This document shows, one piece after another, positions 29,211-39,200 of a stretch of 64,000 nt of DNA (the stretch's first letter is position 1; each line of letters starts with the position of its first letter). The notes under the pieces are model-generated. The model was not told where the DNA came from. It did no database searches and saw nothing but the letters and a program-made list of their open reading frames with translations. The position numbers and the translations under genes were made by a program. This DNA is from an uncultured Prevotellaceae bacterium. Its GTDB lineage: Bacteria > Bacteroidota > Bacteroidia > Bacteroidales > Bacteroidaceae. The stretch lies in NCBI GenBank assembly GCA_902786565.1, contig CADACW010000001.1, positions 55,151 to 119,150 on the forward strand, given 5' to 3'.

Positions 29211-29259
29211 ACTTTCAGGGCGCAGCTCCGTTGGTGGAGTCTGCGCCCTGAGTGTATGC
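29211..29259 (+). repeat. 49-bp direct repeat, copy 2
   Basis: Identical to 28674-28722. Confidence 0.95.
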
Positions 29260-29346
29260 CCTACTTTCTTAACTGAAAGGAATTGGAATAATTAGCCTGA
29301 ATTATTCACGGCAATTAATCTGTATGCCGCCAAGTCTTTCTTTTTT

Positions 29347-29431
29347 ACGCGAATTACCATGAATTAACCACGAATTTTTCATAAATAAAATATTAATGAT
29401 TCATTCGCGATTAATTATTGGTAATTCGCGT
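29347..29431. repeat. 13-bp inverted repeat with an AT-rich spacer, downstream of the GH128 gene
   Basis: ACGCGAATTACCA (29347-29359) / TGGTAATTCGCGT (29419-29431). Confidence 0.6.
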
Positions 29432-29491
29432 TTTTACAAAAAGAGATGCATTTTCTATGAATAATGTAGGTTAAATAAGTTCGTTCTTCTG

Positions 29492-32400
29492 TTATTCTGT
29501 CTTTATTTCTGGGCGGTACCCTGTCTTTCCGGCGATGATGTCGATAACGGTTGCTATGTCGGCCACATCGACGCGGATGTCGCCGTTGACGTCGGCTTTA
29601 TAGTGAGGGCTATGGTTCAACCCGGCCATGACGGTGATGATGGCTGCGATGTCGGCCACGTCGACGCGTCCGTCGCCGTTCACGTCGCCAAGCGTCTCGG
29701 TGGTGCCCAGCTCGTCCTGTACGCCGTGGATGACCATTGTGGGGCCTTCCCATGCGTCGAAGATGGTCATGCCCTCGGCCCTGATGATATAAGCACAGTA
29801 GTTGCCGGGTTTGTAACGCTCGTCGGCAGAGGCTATGCGGTGCCATTCGCCGTCGTCGAACAGCTGGTAGGTGCCAGCCGATGCCCATCCGATGTACTTG
29901 AAATAGCCGCGCAGACAGCCATCATCGTGCGATGGAATCGTGGCGGCCTGGCCTGAGGTGTAGAATGTGGCCTGCGGCAGTGCGGAGGAGACGACGTAGG
30001 GATGGCCGGCTACGGTCTCCGTCACCTGCTCAAGGCAGACACGGCTGTAGTCGCTTGTGAGGCCAGCTATGCGATAGACGTTCACGCCCTCTGGCACGCG
30101 GAAAGCGTATGGCAGACAGACGGTGGTCCAGCCCGACGGCGTGGGCGACTTCTTGAACAAGGGGTGGTAGAGCAGCCGGAAGTCGGTGGCGCACCACCAG
30201 CCTTCGCGCCGGTCGCCGGTGTTGTTGGCGGTGTCGTTGTTGCCATAGCGGCGCCAAGCATTGTCGGTGGCCCCGGCTTTGGAGCCCGTGAACCCGATGG
30301 TCAGTGCGCCACCCTCGGGCACATAGACGGGTGTGGTGGTGAGCGTCTGCCATGCTGACAGCGTGTTGGGAATGTCGAGATAGTCGCGGGTCAAGGCGGG
30401 GCTGACGGCTGTTGTCTCGTCGCCCTCGCCAGCGGTGATGAAGGCATGCTGGTCGCTCAGGCAATAGTGCTGCGTGGAGCCTTTGCACTCAAGCGAGTAG
30501 AGGCCCTCGGCCATGCCTGTGACCTGCTGCGTGACGGTCATGGTCTGTGCTGTGCCCTCGCTGCTGCTCAGTCCGCTCCACCAGGCGTTCCAGCAGGTGA
30601 GGTCCTGCTGCGTGGCCGTGCGCTGGTCGCCGCCGGTGTAGGAGCCCACCTTGGTCTGCCAGGCGGTCTCGTCATCGAAGGCGGGCGCGAGGGGCTGCTT
30701 GGCGGCCTCGGCCATGGTCAAGAAGTTGCCGAGAGCCTGCTGCAGCAGCGTCAGGGCACGGGCTATGTCGGCTGCGGTGCCGGCCGTGGCGGCCTGCTGC
30801 TCGGCGGCCAGCAGGTCTTCGCGCCCCTCGAAGAGCATGCCGTCGACGGCGGCAGCCACGGTGAGCAGCGAGTCGATGACGGACTTCTGCCGCAGGGCCG
30901 TCAGGGCAGCGTTGGTGGCCAGCTCGATGGCCTTGAGCGCAGCCTCGTCGGTGCCCGTCTGCCCAGAGACGGTCTGCATCAGTTCGGTGTTGAGCGCAGG
31001 CAGGCCGGTGTTGTATTGTGTGAACACTTGGGCCCGTCGGCGAGCCTGTGCCACACCGTCGGCAATGGCTTCCTGGCGGGTGTCGAAGAGTCGGTGCAGC
31101 TCAATGTCGCCTATCTGTGCCGTGGCAGCCAGCCATCTGAAGGCCAGCAGTGCCTCGTTGTTGGTGCCGCTGTTGAAGATGCCCTGACGGGTGGCCCAAT
31201 ATGAGCTGTTCTTCAGCGTGAGCCGGTTTTCGTCGGTGGTGTTGCCCTTGGTGCGGACATCCACCTTGACATAGTCGCCGAAGTTCTGTCCAGCCACCTG
31301 GAATAGGTAGTCCTGCCCGGGCTCTATGTCGAAGGCGGTCTTGAGCGCCCCAACATTGTCCTTGCCGTGATTGGAGAAGGCCTGCAGGAAATAGCCGTCG
31401 GTGAGCCGCTTGGGGAACACCTCGAACCAGGGCTGCGCGAGTGGGTTGCCCTGACCGTTGGTCCATCCGTGGAAGCCCATCTCGAAGTTGCCGTTGGCAA
31501 TGATATTGCCGCCGACGTAGCGTGTGCCGGCCTCGGTGACCACGGCCTCGCCGGCCTCCAGGTCTTCGCTGCTGTAGTAGTCGCGTCCGCTGAAGCTGCG
31601 TATGTGCAGACGATAGCGTGTGCCCTCGGTGTAGTCATCGTCGGTGATGATGTAGTCGGCCTCGGCATCCTGCGGGCGTATAGTCTGCCAGGTCTGCCAT
31701 CCGCCGCCGTGCTCCTTGCGCAGCACTTCCATGAGCTGGTTGTACTCGCCATCGTAGTCGTGCCAGGTGATGGTGGCCTTGCCGCCGTCGGTGCTGACGC
31801 GGAAGTCGCGGAACCCGCCGCGCATGGGCGGCGTGTTGGGCACCTTGCCGTAGCTGGCGTTGTAGCCCATGCCGGTGAGCTGCTTGGAATACCACTCGCC
31901 AGCGGGTGTCAGCGCATCATTGACGTAGAGCTTCGACTTTTCGCTACCCTCGCTGTTCCAGTAGAAATAGCGCTCTATGTAGCCCCAGTCGTTGAGCTTG
32001 GTGCAAATGGTCTTGACGGCCCACTCGTTGTCCCACTTCGTCTTGCCGCTCTCGAAGATGCCATTGCTGTTCCACGATGCACCCCATATCCACTCTGAAA
32101 TCCAGATGGGGCGCTTGTACTTGGCCTGCATGGCCGCAATGTTGCTGAAGGCGTCGACCACCCAGTAGCAGTGCAGGTCGACGATGTCGCACCGCCATCC
32201 GCGGGCGTCGATGCTGTCGAGGAAGGTCTTGATGAACCCGGAGCCGTCGCTGTAGTCGCTGCCGTCCCACGACGATGGCGAGCAGAGGCGCATACCGGTG
32301 CGCATGAGGTTCTGCCAGTTGTCGAGGATGGTGGCCAGCGACTGGGGTTTGTCGTCTGACGAGTTGCGGGGCTCGTTGTTGGTCTTCAGGTGGCAGGTCC

Positions 32401-33211
32401 AGGTGGCCTGTCCGCATTTGGCCGACGAGGGGTAGTCCTCATAGAGGTGGTTGGCCACACACTCTACATCGGGCCCCATGTCCTGCCCTTGGTCCCAGCC
32501 GTAGCAGCTGATGACGCCGAGCGCCTTGACGGCATCTGCATTTGTGCTGCTGGCCAGGCCTGCCTTGCCTGCGGTGTTCCACTTGAAGATGCGGTAGGAC
32601 GAGATGGTGCCGTCGAGCAGCTGTGGCAGCGTGGCCATCTCGAGGTCGGCATTGTTGGCAATGAAGCAACGCTGATAGCCATAGCCGCTCTTCTGTGTGG
32701 CGAAGGTCACCATATAGCCGCGCTTCAGGCGGAAGGAGCGTATGCGGTTGTTCAGTTTCTGGTCGGTGAGGGTGACCATGTAGCCGCCATCGTTCTCCAG
32801 TCCGAAGTCGCTGCTCTGCTCTCCGCCAAAGTTCTGCTCGCTATAGACGGTGAGGGGCTTGTCGGTCGAGGCGTAAGGGAGGATGATACAGCCGTGGGAG
32901 CCGTAGAGGCGCACCTGGCAGTTGACGCCATTGCGCGCTACAGCGCCCTTGATCCTGACTCGTGTGGGCAGCAGCGAGGCGATGGCCACCGAGGGCTTGG
33001 TGCGCTCCAGGATGAGCACGGCATGGTCGGTGTTGACGATGTCCACCAGTCCTTCACGGTCAAAGGGCGTATCGGTGTTCACGATGTAGTCTACATCGTC
33101 GGTAAGGGTAACGCTCTCGGCCACCTGGCTCACAGTGGTCTTGGTGTTTGCTGCGGCGGCGGGCAAAAGGAACAAGGCCACTGCGACAAGGATTAATAGT
33201 AGTCTTTTCAT
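29492..33211 (-). CDS. Multimodular GH128-like (Glyco_hydro_cc) glycoside hydrolase with beta/gamma-crystallin-like, FN3-like and CBM-like modules and a C-terminal dockerin-like domain
   Basis: SPI signal. Crystallin-type motifs TVYSEQNFGG / LNNRIRSF / DGTISSYR. GH-A motifs TNNEP, LCSPS, DLHCYW and PIWISEW. IIANGNFE module. Twin Ca-loop repeats GDVNGDGRVDVAD / ADVNGDIRVDVAD. Promoter match at 33259-33266. Confidence 0.75.
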   Translation of the reverse strand: MKRLLLILVAVALFLLPAAAANTKTTVSQVAESVTLTDDVDYIVNTDTPFDREGLVDIVNTDHAVLILERTKPSVAIASLLPTRVRIKGAVARNGVNCQVRLYGSHGCIILPYASTDKPLTVYSEQNFGGEQSSDFGLENDGGYMVTLTDQKLNNRIRSFRLKRGYMVTFATQKSGYGYQRCFIANNADLEMATLPQLLDGTISSYRIFKWNTAGKAGLASSTNADAVKALGVISCYGWDQGQDMGPDVECVANHLYEDYPSSAKCGQATWTCHLKTNNEPRNSSDDKPQSLATILDNWQNLMRTGMRLCSPSSWDGSDYSDGSGFIKTFLDSIDARGWRCDIVDLHCYWVVDAFSNIAAMQAKYKRPIWISEWIWGASWNSNGIFESGKTKWDNEWAVKTICTKLNDWGYIERYFYWNSEGSEKSKLYVNDALTPAGEWYSKQLTGMGYNASYGKVPNTPPMRGGFRDFRVSTDGGKATITWHDYDGEYNQLMEVLRKEHGGGWQTWQTIRPQDAEADYIITDDDYTEGTRYRLHIRSFSGRDYYSSEDLEAGEAVVTEAGTRYVGGNIIANGNFEMGFHGWTNGQGNPLAQPWFEVFPKRLTDGYFLQAFSNHGKDNVGALKTAFDIEPGQDYLFQVAGQNFGDYVKVDVRTKGNTTDENRLTLKNSSYWATRQGIFNSGTNNEALLAFRWLAATAQIGDIELHRLFDTRQEAIADGVAQARRRAQVFTQYNTGLPALNTELMQTVSGQTGTDEAALKAIELATNAALTALRQKSVIDSLLTVAAAVDGMLFEGREDLLAAEQQAATAGTAADIARALTLLQQALGNFLTMAEAAKQPLAPAFDDETAWQTKVGSYTGGDQRTATQQDLTCWNAWWSGLSSSEGTAQTMTVTQQVTGMAEGLYSLECKGSTQHYCLSDQHAFITAGEGDETTAVSPALTRDYLDIPNTLSAWQTLTTTPVYVPEGGALTIGFTGSKAGATDNAWRRYGNNDTANNTGDRREGWWCATDFRLLYHPLFKKSPTPSGWTTVCLPYAFRVPEGVNVYRIAGLTSDYSRVCLEQVTETVAGHPYVVSSALPQATFYTSGQAATIPSHDDGCLRGYFKYIGWASAGTYQLFDDGEWHRIASADERYKPGNYCAYIIRAEGMTIFDAWEGPTMVIHGVQDELGTTETLGDVNGDGRVDVADIAAIITVMAGLNHSPHYKADVNGDIRVDVADIATVIDIIAGKTGYRPEIKTE

Positions 33212-33447
33212 AAATGATTATTATTAGATGTTGCTGACTTGCTGTTCTGAAGAAAGTGCAAAGATAATCATTTTCCAATAAACGAAAGAGAATTTTCAAA
33301 GAAAAATAGCTGTCATGCCATCAAAACGGAGGATTCTGCTCATAAAGCGGCTTGTCTCACTAAAAAAACATAAAACTACATTCCACTCTTTTGCCTATTC
33401 AAAAGAAATACTTACCTTTAGCGTCAAATTCAAAAAAACACGTCGAT

Positions 33448-34212
33448 ATGACAAACGCTGTTGACGGCAATAAGGAGAATGAGATGCCCAGCATCTTCAG
33501 AAGCGTACCCAAGTGGCAAGATTTGCGTTTCTACCAGAAGTCGGTGGTGCTCTATCAGCTGACTTATTGCTTCTGTGAACGCTTTCTGCCTAAGCACGGC
33601 GACCGTACTGTGGACCAGATGGTGCAGGCCGCCCGCTCAGGCAAGCAGAACATTGTGGAAGGCTCTGAGGACGGCAAGACTTCTACAGCCATGGAGCTGA
33701 ACCTGCTGAACGTGGCTCGCTCCAGCATAGGCGAGTTGCGGCAGGACTACGAGGACTTCCTGGTGTCGCGGAAGTTGCCACAGTGGACACCTGCCGATCA
33801 GCGTTTCCAGCCAATGCAGAATTTCACCAAAAGTCACAATCAACTGGCCGACTACAAGCCTTACTTCCACCAGTGGACAGCCGAAGAGATGGCCAACGTG
33901 GCTCTGACGCTATGCTTTCAGGTGGACACCATGATGAACAAGTATCTGAAGAAGGTGGAAGAGATATTCGTGAAGGAAGGTGGTGTGAAAGAGCGTATGC
34001 ATAGAGCACGCACAGAATACCGCAAGCAGCAGGACGAGCGTCTGGCAGAGCTGGAGCGGAGGGTTCCTCAGTTAGAGCAGCAATTGCAGGCGGCCCAAAC
34101 AGAGGCCGCTCAATGGAAAGCAGCCTACGAGGACCTGAAGCAGCGTGCCCTGAAGGCTTATTACCGGCAGCAGGAGGAGATAAAGGCCCTGAAGCAGCAA
34201 TTAGGGGTGTAG
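33448..34212 (+). CDS. Four-helix-bundle protein (23S IVS-encoded family, 'suffix' type) with a coiled-coil tail
   Basis: WQDLRFYQKS...RTVDQMVQAARSGKQNIVEGS...LLNVARSSIGELRQDYEDFL...EEMANVALTL. It is on the strand opposite to the surrounding locus. Confidence 0.85.
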   Translation: MTNAVDGNKENEMPSIFRSVPKWQDLRFYQKSVVLYQLTYCFCERFLPKHGDRTVDQMVQAARSGKQNIVEGSEDGKTSTAMELNLLNVARSSIGELRQDYEDFLVSRKLPQWTPADQRFQPMQNFTKSHNQLADYKPYFHQWTAEEMANVALTLCFQVDTMMNKYLKKVEEIFVKEGGVKERMHRARTEYRKQQDERLAELERRVPQLEQQLQAAQTEAAQWKAAYEDLKQRALKAYYRQQEEIKALKQQLGV

Positions 34213-34217
34213 GGGGG

Positions 34218-34268
34218 CTATAGAGACTATAGAAGCTATAGAGACTATAGAAGCTATAGAGACTATAG
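34218..34268 (+). repeat. 9-mer tandem repeat alternating CTATAGAGA / CTATAGAAG
   Basis: Five full units plus CTATAG, counted directly. Confidence 0.9.
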
Positions 34269-34278
34269 TTGATGGCTT

Positions 34279-34320
34279 AAGCGATGTGCGGCACCCTTGG
34301 AGGGGTGCCGCACATCGCTT
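34279..34320. terminator. 18-bp perfect stem between convergent genes
   Basis: AAGCGATGTGCGGCACCC / GGGTGCCGCACATCGCTT, abutting the susD stop codon. Confidence 0.8.
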
Positions 34321-36213
34321 TTACTTCATTGGCAAATACCAATTCTTCTCGTCGAGCAGACTGACCTGTGGATTCTTGTAGGCCAGCTTGGCGGCGAGCC
34401 ACCGAGAACCGAAGTTGGCACCATAGGTACCGGCGACATTTTTGTGGCGGGCAATGCGGGTGAGGTCGCCAAAGCGGTTGCCCTCGAAGGCCAACTCAAG
34501 AGCCATCTCGTCGCAGATGATGTCCTCGACGGCATTGATGGTGTCCTGTTTGGAGAATTGAGAATTGAGAATTGAGAATTGAGCGTTCAGTTCGTCAAAC
34601 TTCTTCGCCACGATGCTGTCCAGCTGATAGGGCGAGAAAGCGCCCTGCGTGTAGTACGTGCCACGCGAATGGATGCCCCAGTTCTGAGCGAAGCCTTCCT
34701 TGTTCTCGTCGCTGAGGAAGGGTATGGTGGTGCGTAGCATCTGGTAGGTGGCGGGCTTGATGTAGCGTCCAGGCACGGCGAGGTCGGTGGAGTCGCCCTG
34801 AATGACGTAGGCAGTGAGGTCTTCGTTGATGCCATCCTTCAGTATGGCAAAGGCAGCATCGGGATAGCCCATGCGGTTGAGGGCCTCGGCCAGGCGCAGA
34901 TAGACGGTGGCCGTGCGGTAGATGGGGATATTGGCCGAGCTGAACTTGGTGAGCACGGCGTAGGTCTGCGCTGCCTGTGCGGCGGTGGCGGCGGTGGTCA
35001 CCTGGTGCATGGAGGCCAGCCGGCGCATGTCGCCAATCTCGGCAATGCGCACCTCGGTCTGGGCGTCGGTCTGCCCAGTGGGGGTGTAATAATAGTCCTG
35101 GCGGTCAGAGAGGGCGACATATGAGGGCGAGGCATCGACCTGCCGCTCCAACAGATAACGTGCATCCGACGAGGCTCCGCCACTGGTGGTGCTGTAGAAG
35201 TCGTAGCCGAAGATGCGTGGCAGGTCGGTGACGACGCCGCGCAGGCGGTTGGCGGCCAGGGGGATATAGGTCACGATGTCGTTGGTGGAGGTGGTGCTGA
35301 AGATGGAGGTCCAGGAGAAGCTGTTGCTGCCGATGGTGAAGTTGAGGGAGGTGGGCAGACGGTCGCCCAGCTGGTCGATGTAATTCATCGGGAGAATGTA
35401 AGCCTGACGCACCTGCCACTGGTTGTTGCGCAGGAAATTGAAGTAGCTGCGTGCAGCGCGCTCATACTGATGGGTCTCCAGAAAGAGGTCGCCGAGAACC
35501 ACATCGACAGGAATCATGGCATAGCGCGAGGTGACCGTCTTTTCGACGGGGTTGTCGCTATCGCTGCTGTTGAGCACACCGGCCGAGATGTTGCCATAGG
35601 TGGGAACGGGGGTGCCGCTATACTTGATGAGCTCTGGCACTAGTGCGTCGCAGATGCCCTGCAGGTCCTTCTGCTCGGTGACGCTGTTGGCATCGCCTAT
35701 GGAGACGAGCGGGTCGGTATAGAAAGGCACGGTGCCATAGTTCTTGCAGAGCTGAAGGTAAGCCCAAGCGCGCACAGCGAGTGCCTCGGCATATTCGGGT
35801 ATGGCCACCTTGCGGCTACCGGTGAGCAGGGTGGTGTCGCGATGTGCCAGATAGTAATTGCAGTTGTTGATGATGCGATAGTAGAGATAGGCAGAGTCGT
35901 ACTTGCAGGTGGCATCGGCCGAGAAGTCGGCCAGCCGGCGCAGGTCGGTCTCCGTATATTCGTTGGTGGCGGTAAGGTCGCCACGCATCTCTCCCTGAAG
36001 CACATACTGGTCGGCCACCTGCTGGAGTCCCTTCAGTATGCCGAGCGTATAGAACATGGAGTCGGTCTTCTCGCTGAGTGAGGGGTCGAAGATCTGACGG
36101 TCGCTGTCGGTCTCGAACATGTCGGAACAGGAAGAAATGAGAAATGAGAAATGAGAAATGAGAAATGCTGCACACAGCATCCGCTTCACAGTCTTATTTG
36201 TTTTGGTAATCAT
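34321..36213 (-). CDS. susD: SusD/RagB-family lipoprotein (second pair)
   Basis: Lipobox ISSC, YYRIINNCNYYL, AEALAVRAWAYLQL, YLRLAEALN and ELAFEGNRFGDLTR. It follows a susC. Confidence 0.88.
   Translation of the reverse strand: MITKTNKTVKRMLCAAFLISHFSFLISSCSDMFETDSDRQIFDPSLSEKTDSMFYTLGILKGLQQVADQYVLQGEMRGDLTATNEYTETDLRRLADFSADATCKYDSAYLYYRIINNCNYYLAHRDTTLLTGSRKVAIPEYAEALAVRAWAYLQLCKNYGTVPFYTDPLVSIGDANSVTEQKDLQGICDALVPELIKYSGTPVPTYGNISAGVLNSSDSDNPVEKTVTSRYAMIPVDVVLGDLFLETHQYERAARSYFNFLRNNQWQVRQAYILPMNYIDQLGDRLPTSLNFTIGSNSFSWTSIFSTTSTNDIVTYIPLAANRLRGVVTDLPRIFGYDFYSTTSGGASSDARYLLERQVDASPSYVALSDRQDYYYTPTGQTDAQTEVRIAEIGDMRRLASMHQVTTAATAAQAAQTYAVLTKFSSANIPIYRTATVYLRLAEALNRMGYPDAAFAILKDGINEDLTAYVIQGDSTDLAVPGRYIKPATYQMLRTTIPFLSDENKEGFAQNWGIHSRGTYYTQGAFSPYQLDSIVAKKFDELNAQFSILNSQFSKQDTINAVEDIICDEMALELAFEGNRFGDLTRIARHKNVAGTYGANFGSRWLAAKLAYKNPQVSLLDEKNWYLPMK
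34553..34580. repeat. (GAGAATT)x4 inside the susD coding sequence
   Basis: Encodes QFSILNSQFS near the C-terminus. Confidence 0.9.
36134..36167. repeat. (GAAATGA)x4.9 encoding the signal-peptide core of SusD
   Basis: Perfect heptamer run encoding FLISHFSFLISS. Confidence 0.95.
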
Positions 36214-36243
36214 AACTGTTATCTATTAACTAAAAACTATGAA

Positions 36244-39200
36244 TTATAGATTGATTTTCACACCGAGGGTGAAGGCACGGCCCTGGGCCACATTGCCGGC
36301 ATCGATGCCCTGAGAGAGCACACTGTTGGCCACGGAGAACTCCGGGTCGGCACCGAGATAGTGGGTCACGGTGAAGAGGTTGTTGGCCTCGGCCCACACG
36401 GCCAGTCCGGGCAGCCATGAAAGGTTTACAGGCAGGTCGTAGTTCAGACGGAGGGTCTTAAGGCGCAGATAGGAGCCATCCTCAATCCAACGGTCGCTGA
36501 AGCGCGAGTTGCCCATGGGGTCGCCGTAGCTGATGCGCGGCATGTCGGTGTGCTGGCCCTCTGTGCGCCAACGGTTGGTCATGGCGGTGGTCTGGTTGTA
36601 GAAGTTGTTGCCGCCTTCGAGCACGCTGCGCTGATAGTTGAACACATCGTTGCCCAAAGAGTAGTTGAAGCCGATGTGCAGGGTCAGCCGCTTGTAGGTG
36701 AGAGTTGCAAAAATGTTGCCGTAGATGTCTGGGTTGGGGTCGCCAATGACGGTACGGTCGGCAATGCCAATCTCACCGTCGTTGTTGAGGTCGACAAAGC
36801 GGATGTCTCCGGCACGGAAATACTGTCTGGCACCCGTCTCATCTATGAGGTAAAGGCGTGAGGCTTGAGAAGCCTCGGCATCGGAGGCAAAGACGCCATC
36901 GGTCTTATAGCCATAGAACAGGCCTACGGGCCGACCAACGATGGTGGCGACATTATCGGTGCCATAGATGGACGAGGTGTAGCCCTGTGCCGTGGGCTTT
37001 CCGTCGTAATAGATTCGGCTGTCGTTGGGCAGCGACGTCACCTTGTTCTTGTAGTGGCCCATAGAGGCACCCACCTCAAGCGTGACGTTACGGGTGACGA
37101 GGGGCTTGGCGGTGACGGTCAGTTCGAAACCGGTGTTGGTGAGCGAACCGCCGTTGCTCCAGTAGTTGTTGATGCCAGCCACGGGGTTGTCGAAACTCTT
37201 CAACGTCAGCAGGTTGGAAGTGTGGTGCCAGAAGAAATTGAAGTCGAGGCCCAGCCGGTTGTTGAGCATGAAGCTCTTCAGGCCCACGTTGAACTTGTTG
37301 GTGTGCTCCCAGGTGATTTCCTCGTTGCCGATGTTGTTGAGCTGTGCCGCCGTAGACTTATAGAGGTACTTGGACACTCCGAATGAAGTGCGGGCAGCGT
37401 AGTTGTTGATGTCGTCGTTGCCACTGAGGTCCCATCCGCCCCTGATGAGCAGATAGTTGATGGTCTGCGGGTTGACACCGATGAGCTTCTGGAACCAAGG
37501 CTCGTTGGTAAGCACCCATCCCACCTGCACACTGGGGAAGAGTCCCCACTGCACCCCTGCGAGCTTGATGCCGCCCTTGGCCTCCTTGCCGAAGCGGCTG
37601 CTGGTCTCCATGGCGAGCGATGCCTGGAGGAAATAGCGGTTGCGGTAGTTGTAGTCGGCATTGGCATACCAGGCCATATTGCGCCATGAGTCGTCGGCGC
37701 CAGTAGCCTCGATGAAGTCCATGTTGGCCGAAATGTTTGGTGTCTTGTCGTTGGCAGCAGTGGCGTATTGTCCCTGCGGCTCATTGTCGTCGTAGGCAAA
37801 AGAGGTGTAGCGCATGCCCCCGAAGAGGTTGAGGGATGAGCGTTCCGTCTTCAGGCTCCAGTTGAGACGGGTGTCGGAAGAGATGCTCGTCTCCTTGGAG
37901 AACATGGACATGGCCAGGTTCTGCACACGGCCTACGCCATCGATGAGGAAGGTGGGCATGCCATCGGTGGGACGATAGTAGCGCTGCGAGATGCGGTCGA
38001 GAGTGTAGCTGAATGTCTCGGTGAGCGACAGGTTGTCGTTGAACTCGAAGCGCGGTGCGATGACGGCATTGAAATGGGTCATCTCGGCACGGTTCTTGTT
38101 GATGGCTGAGCCATTGGCCAGAAGTGCCGTGGGATTGCCCAGGGTGAGGTCCTCGTTGAGTACGGTCAGGAAGTCATCGGCCTCGGAGAGGGTTGACGAC
38201 AGCTGCTGTGTCACATTGTTATATGTATAAGGATTGAGGAACGGTGCCTTGATGAGGGCCAGCAGAGTTGGCGACGAGACGGGAGCCGAGTTGAAATTCT
38301 CAGGTGCACCGTTGTCGAAGACGTCGCGATTCACCTTCGTATAGCTCATGTCGAAGCGTGTGGTGAGGCGCCTGATCACGTTGATATCTGTGTTGAAGCG
38401 CACGTTCAGACGGTCGAATCCATTCTTGCGTGCCGTGCTCTGGCCGTCGGTATAGCCCAAAGAGAGATTGTACATGCCCACGTTGTCGCCACCCTGCACA
38501 TTGATGTTGTAGTTCTGCGTCATGGCGGTGTGGTAGACTTGCTTGCCCCAGTCGGTCTCGTTATGGAACTTTGTGTAATAGTACTTCTGAGGGTCGTCCA
38601 CCAGGAACTTGAATGTCTGCGGGTCGGTGTAGTTGCTGATGCCGGGATAGGTGCCCAGCATCTCTGAAGCATACAGGCGATACTGTGCTGCATCCATCAC
38701 TGAGGGCAGAGTGGGCTTTAGCGAGACACCGATGCCGATGTTGGCATCGATGCGGGTAGCCATGGAGCGGCCTCGTTTCGTCTCAATGAGCACCACACCG
38801 TTGCCACCCTTGGCACCGTAGAGGGCAGTGGCGTTTTTCAGCACGGTGACCTTCTCGATGTCTTCCGGGTTGATGTTGAGCAACAGGTTGGTGTAGTCGC
38901 CATAGTGCAGGGCAGTGCGTGTCTGCTGCATGTCCTGAATCACGCCGTCGATGACAATCAGCGGCTGGGCGTTGGCCGTGAGTGAGTTCAGGCCACGCAC
39001 AAACATGGCAGCGCCATAGCCGGGGCCTCCGCTGCGGGTGATGGCCCTCACATCGCCACCCAGTTCGCTCTCAATATCGGTCTCGATGGTCTGCGACGTG
39101 GTTTTGCGCATGGTGGCTGTGGCTGCAGCGGTGACATCTGTGCCTTTGTCGTACATGGAGCGGAACTTGTCGGGCAGCATCTCAATGCTCAGTGATGAGG

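Noticed and set aside
33448-34212. Diversity-generating retroelement (Avd-like four-helix bundle)
   Set aside because: No reverse transcriptase and no template/variable repeat pair with adenine-specific mismatches was seen.
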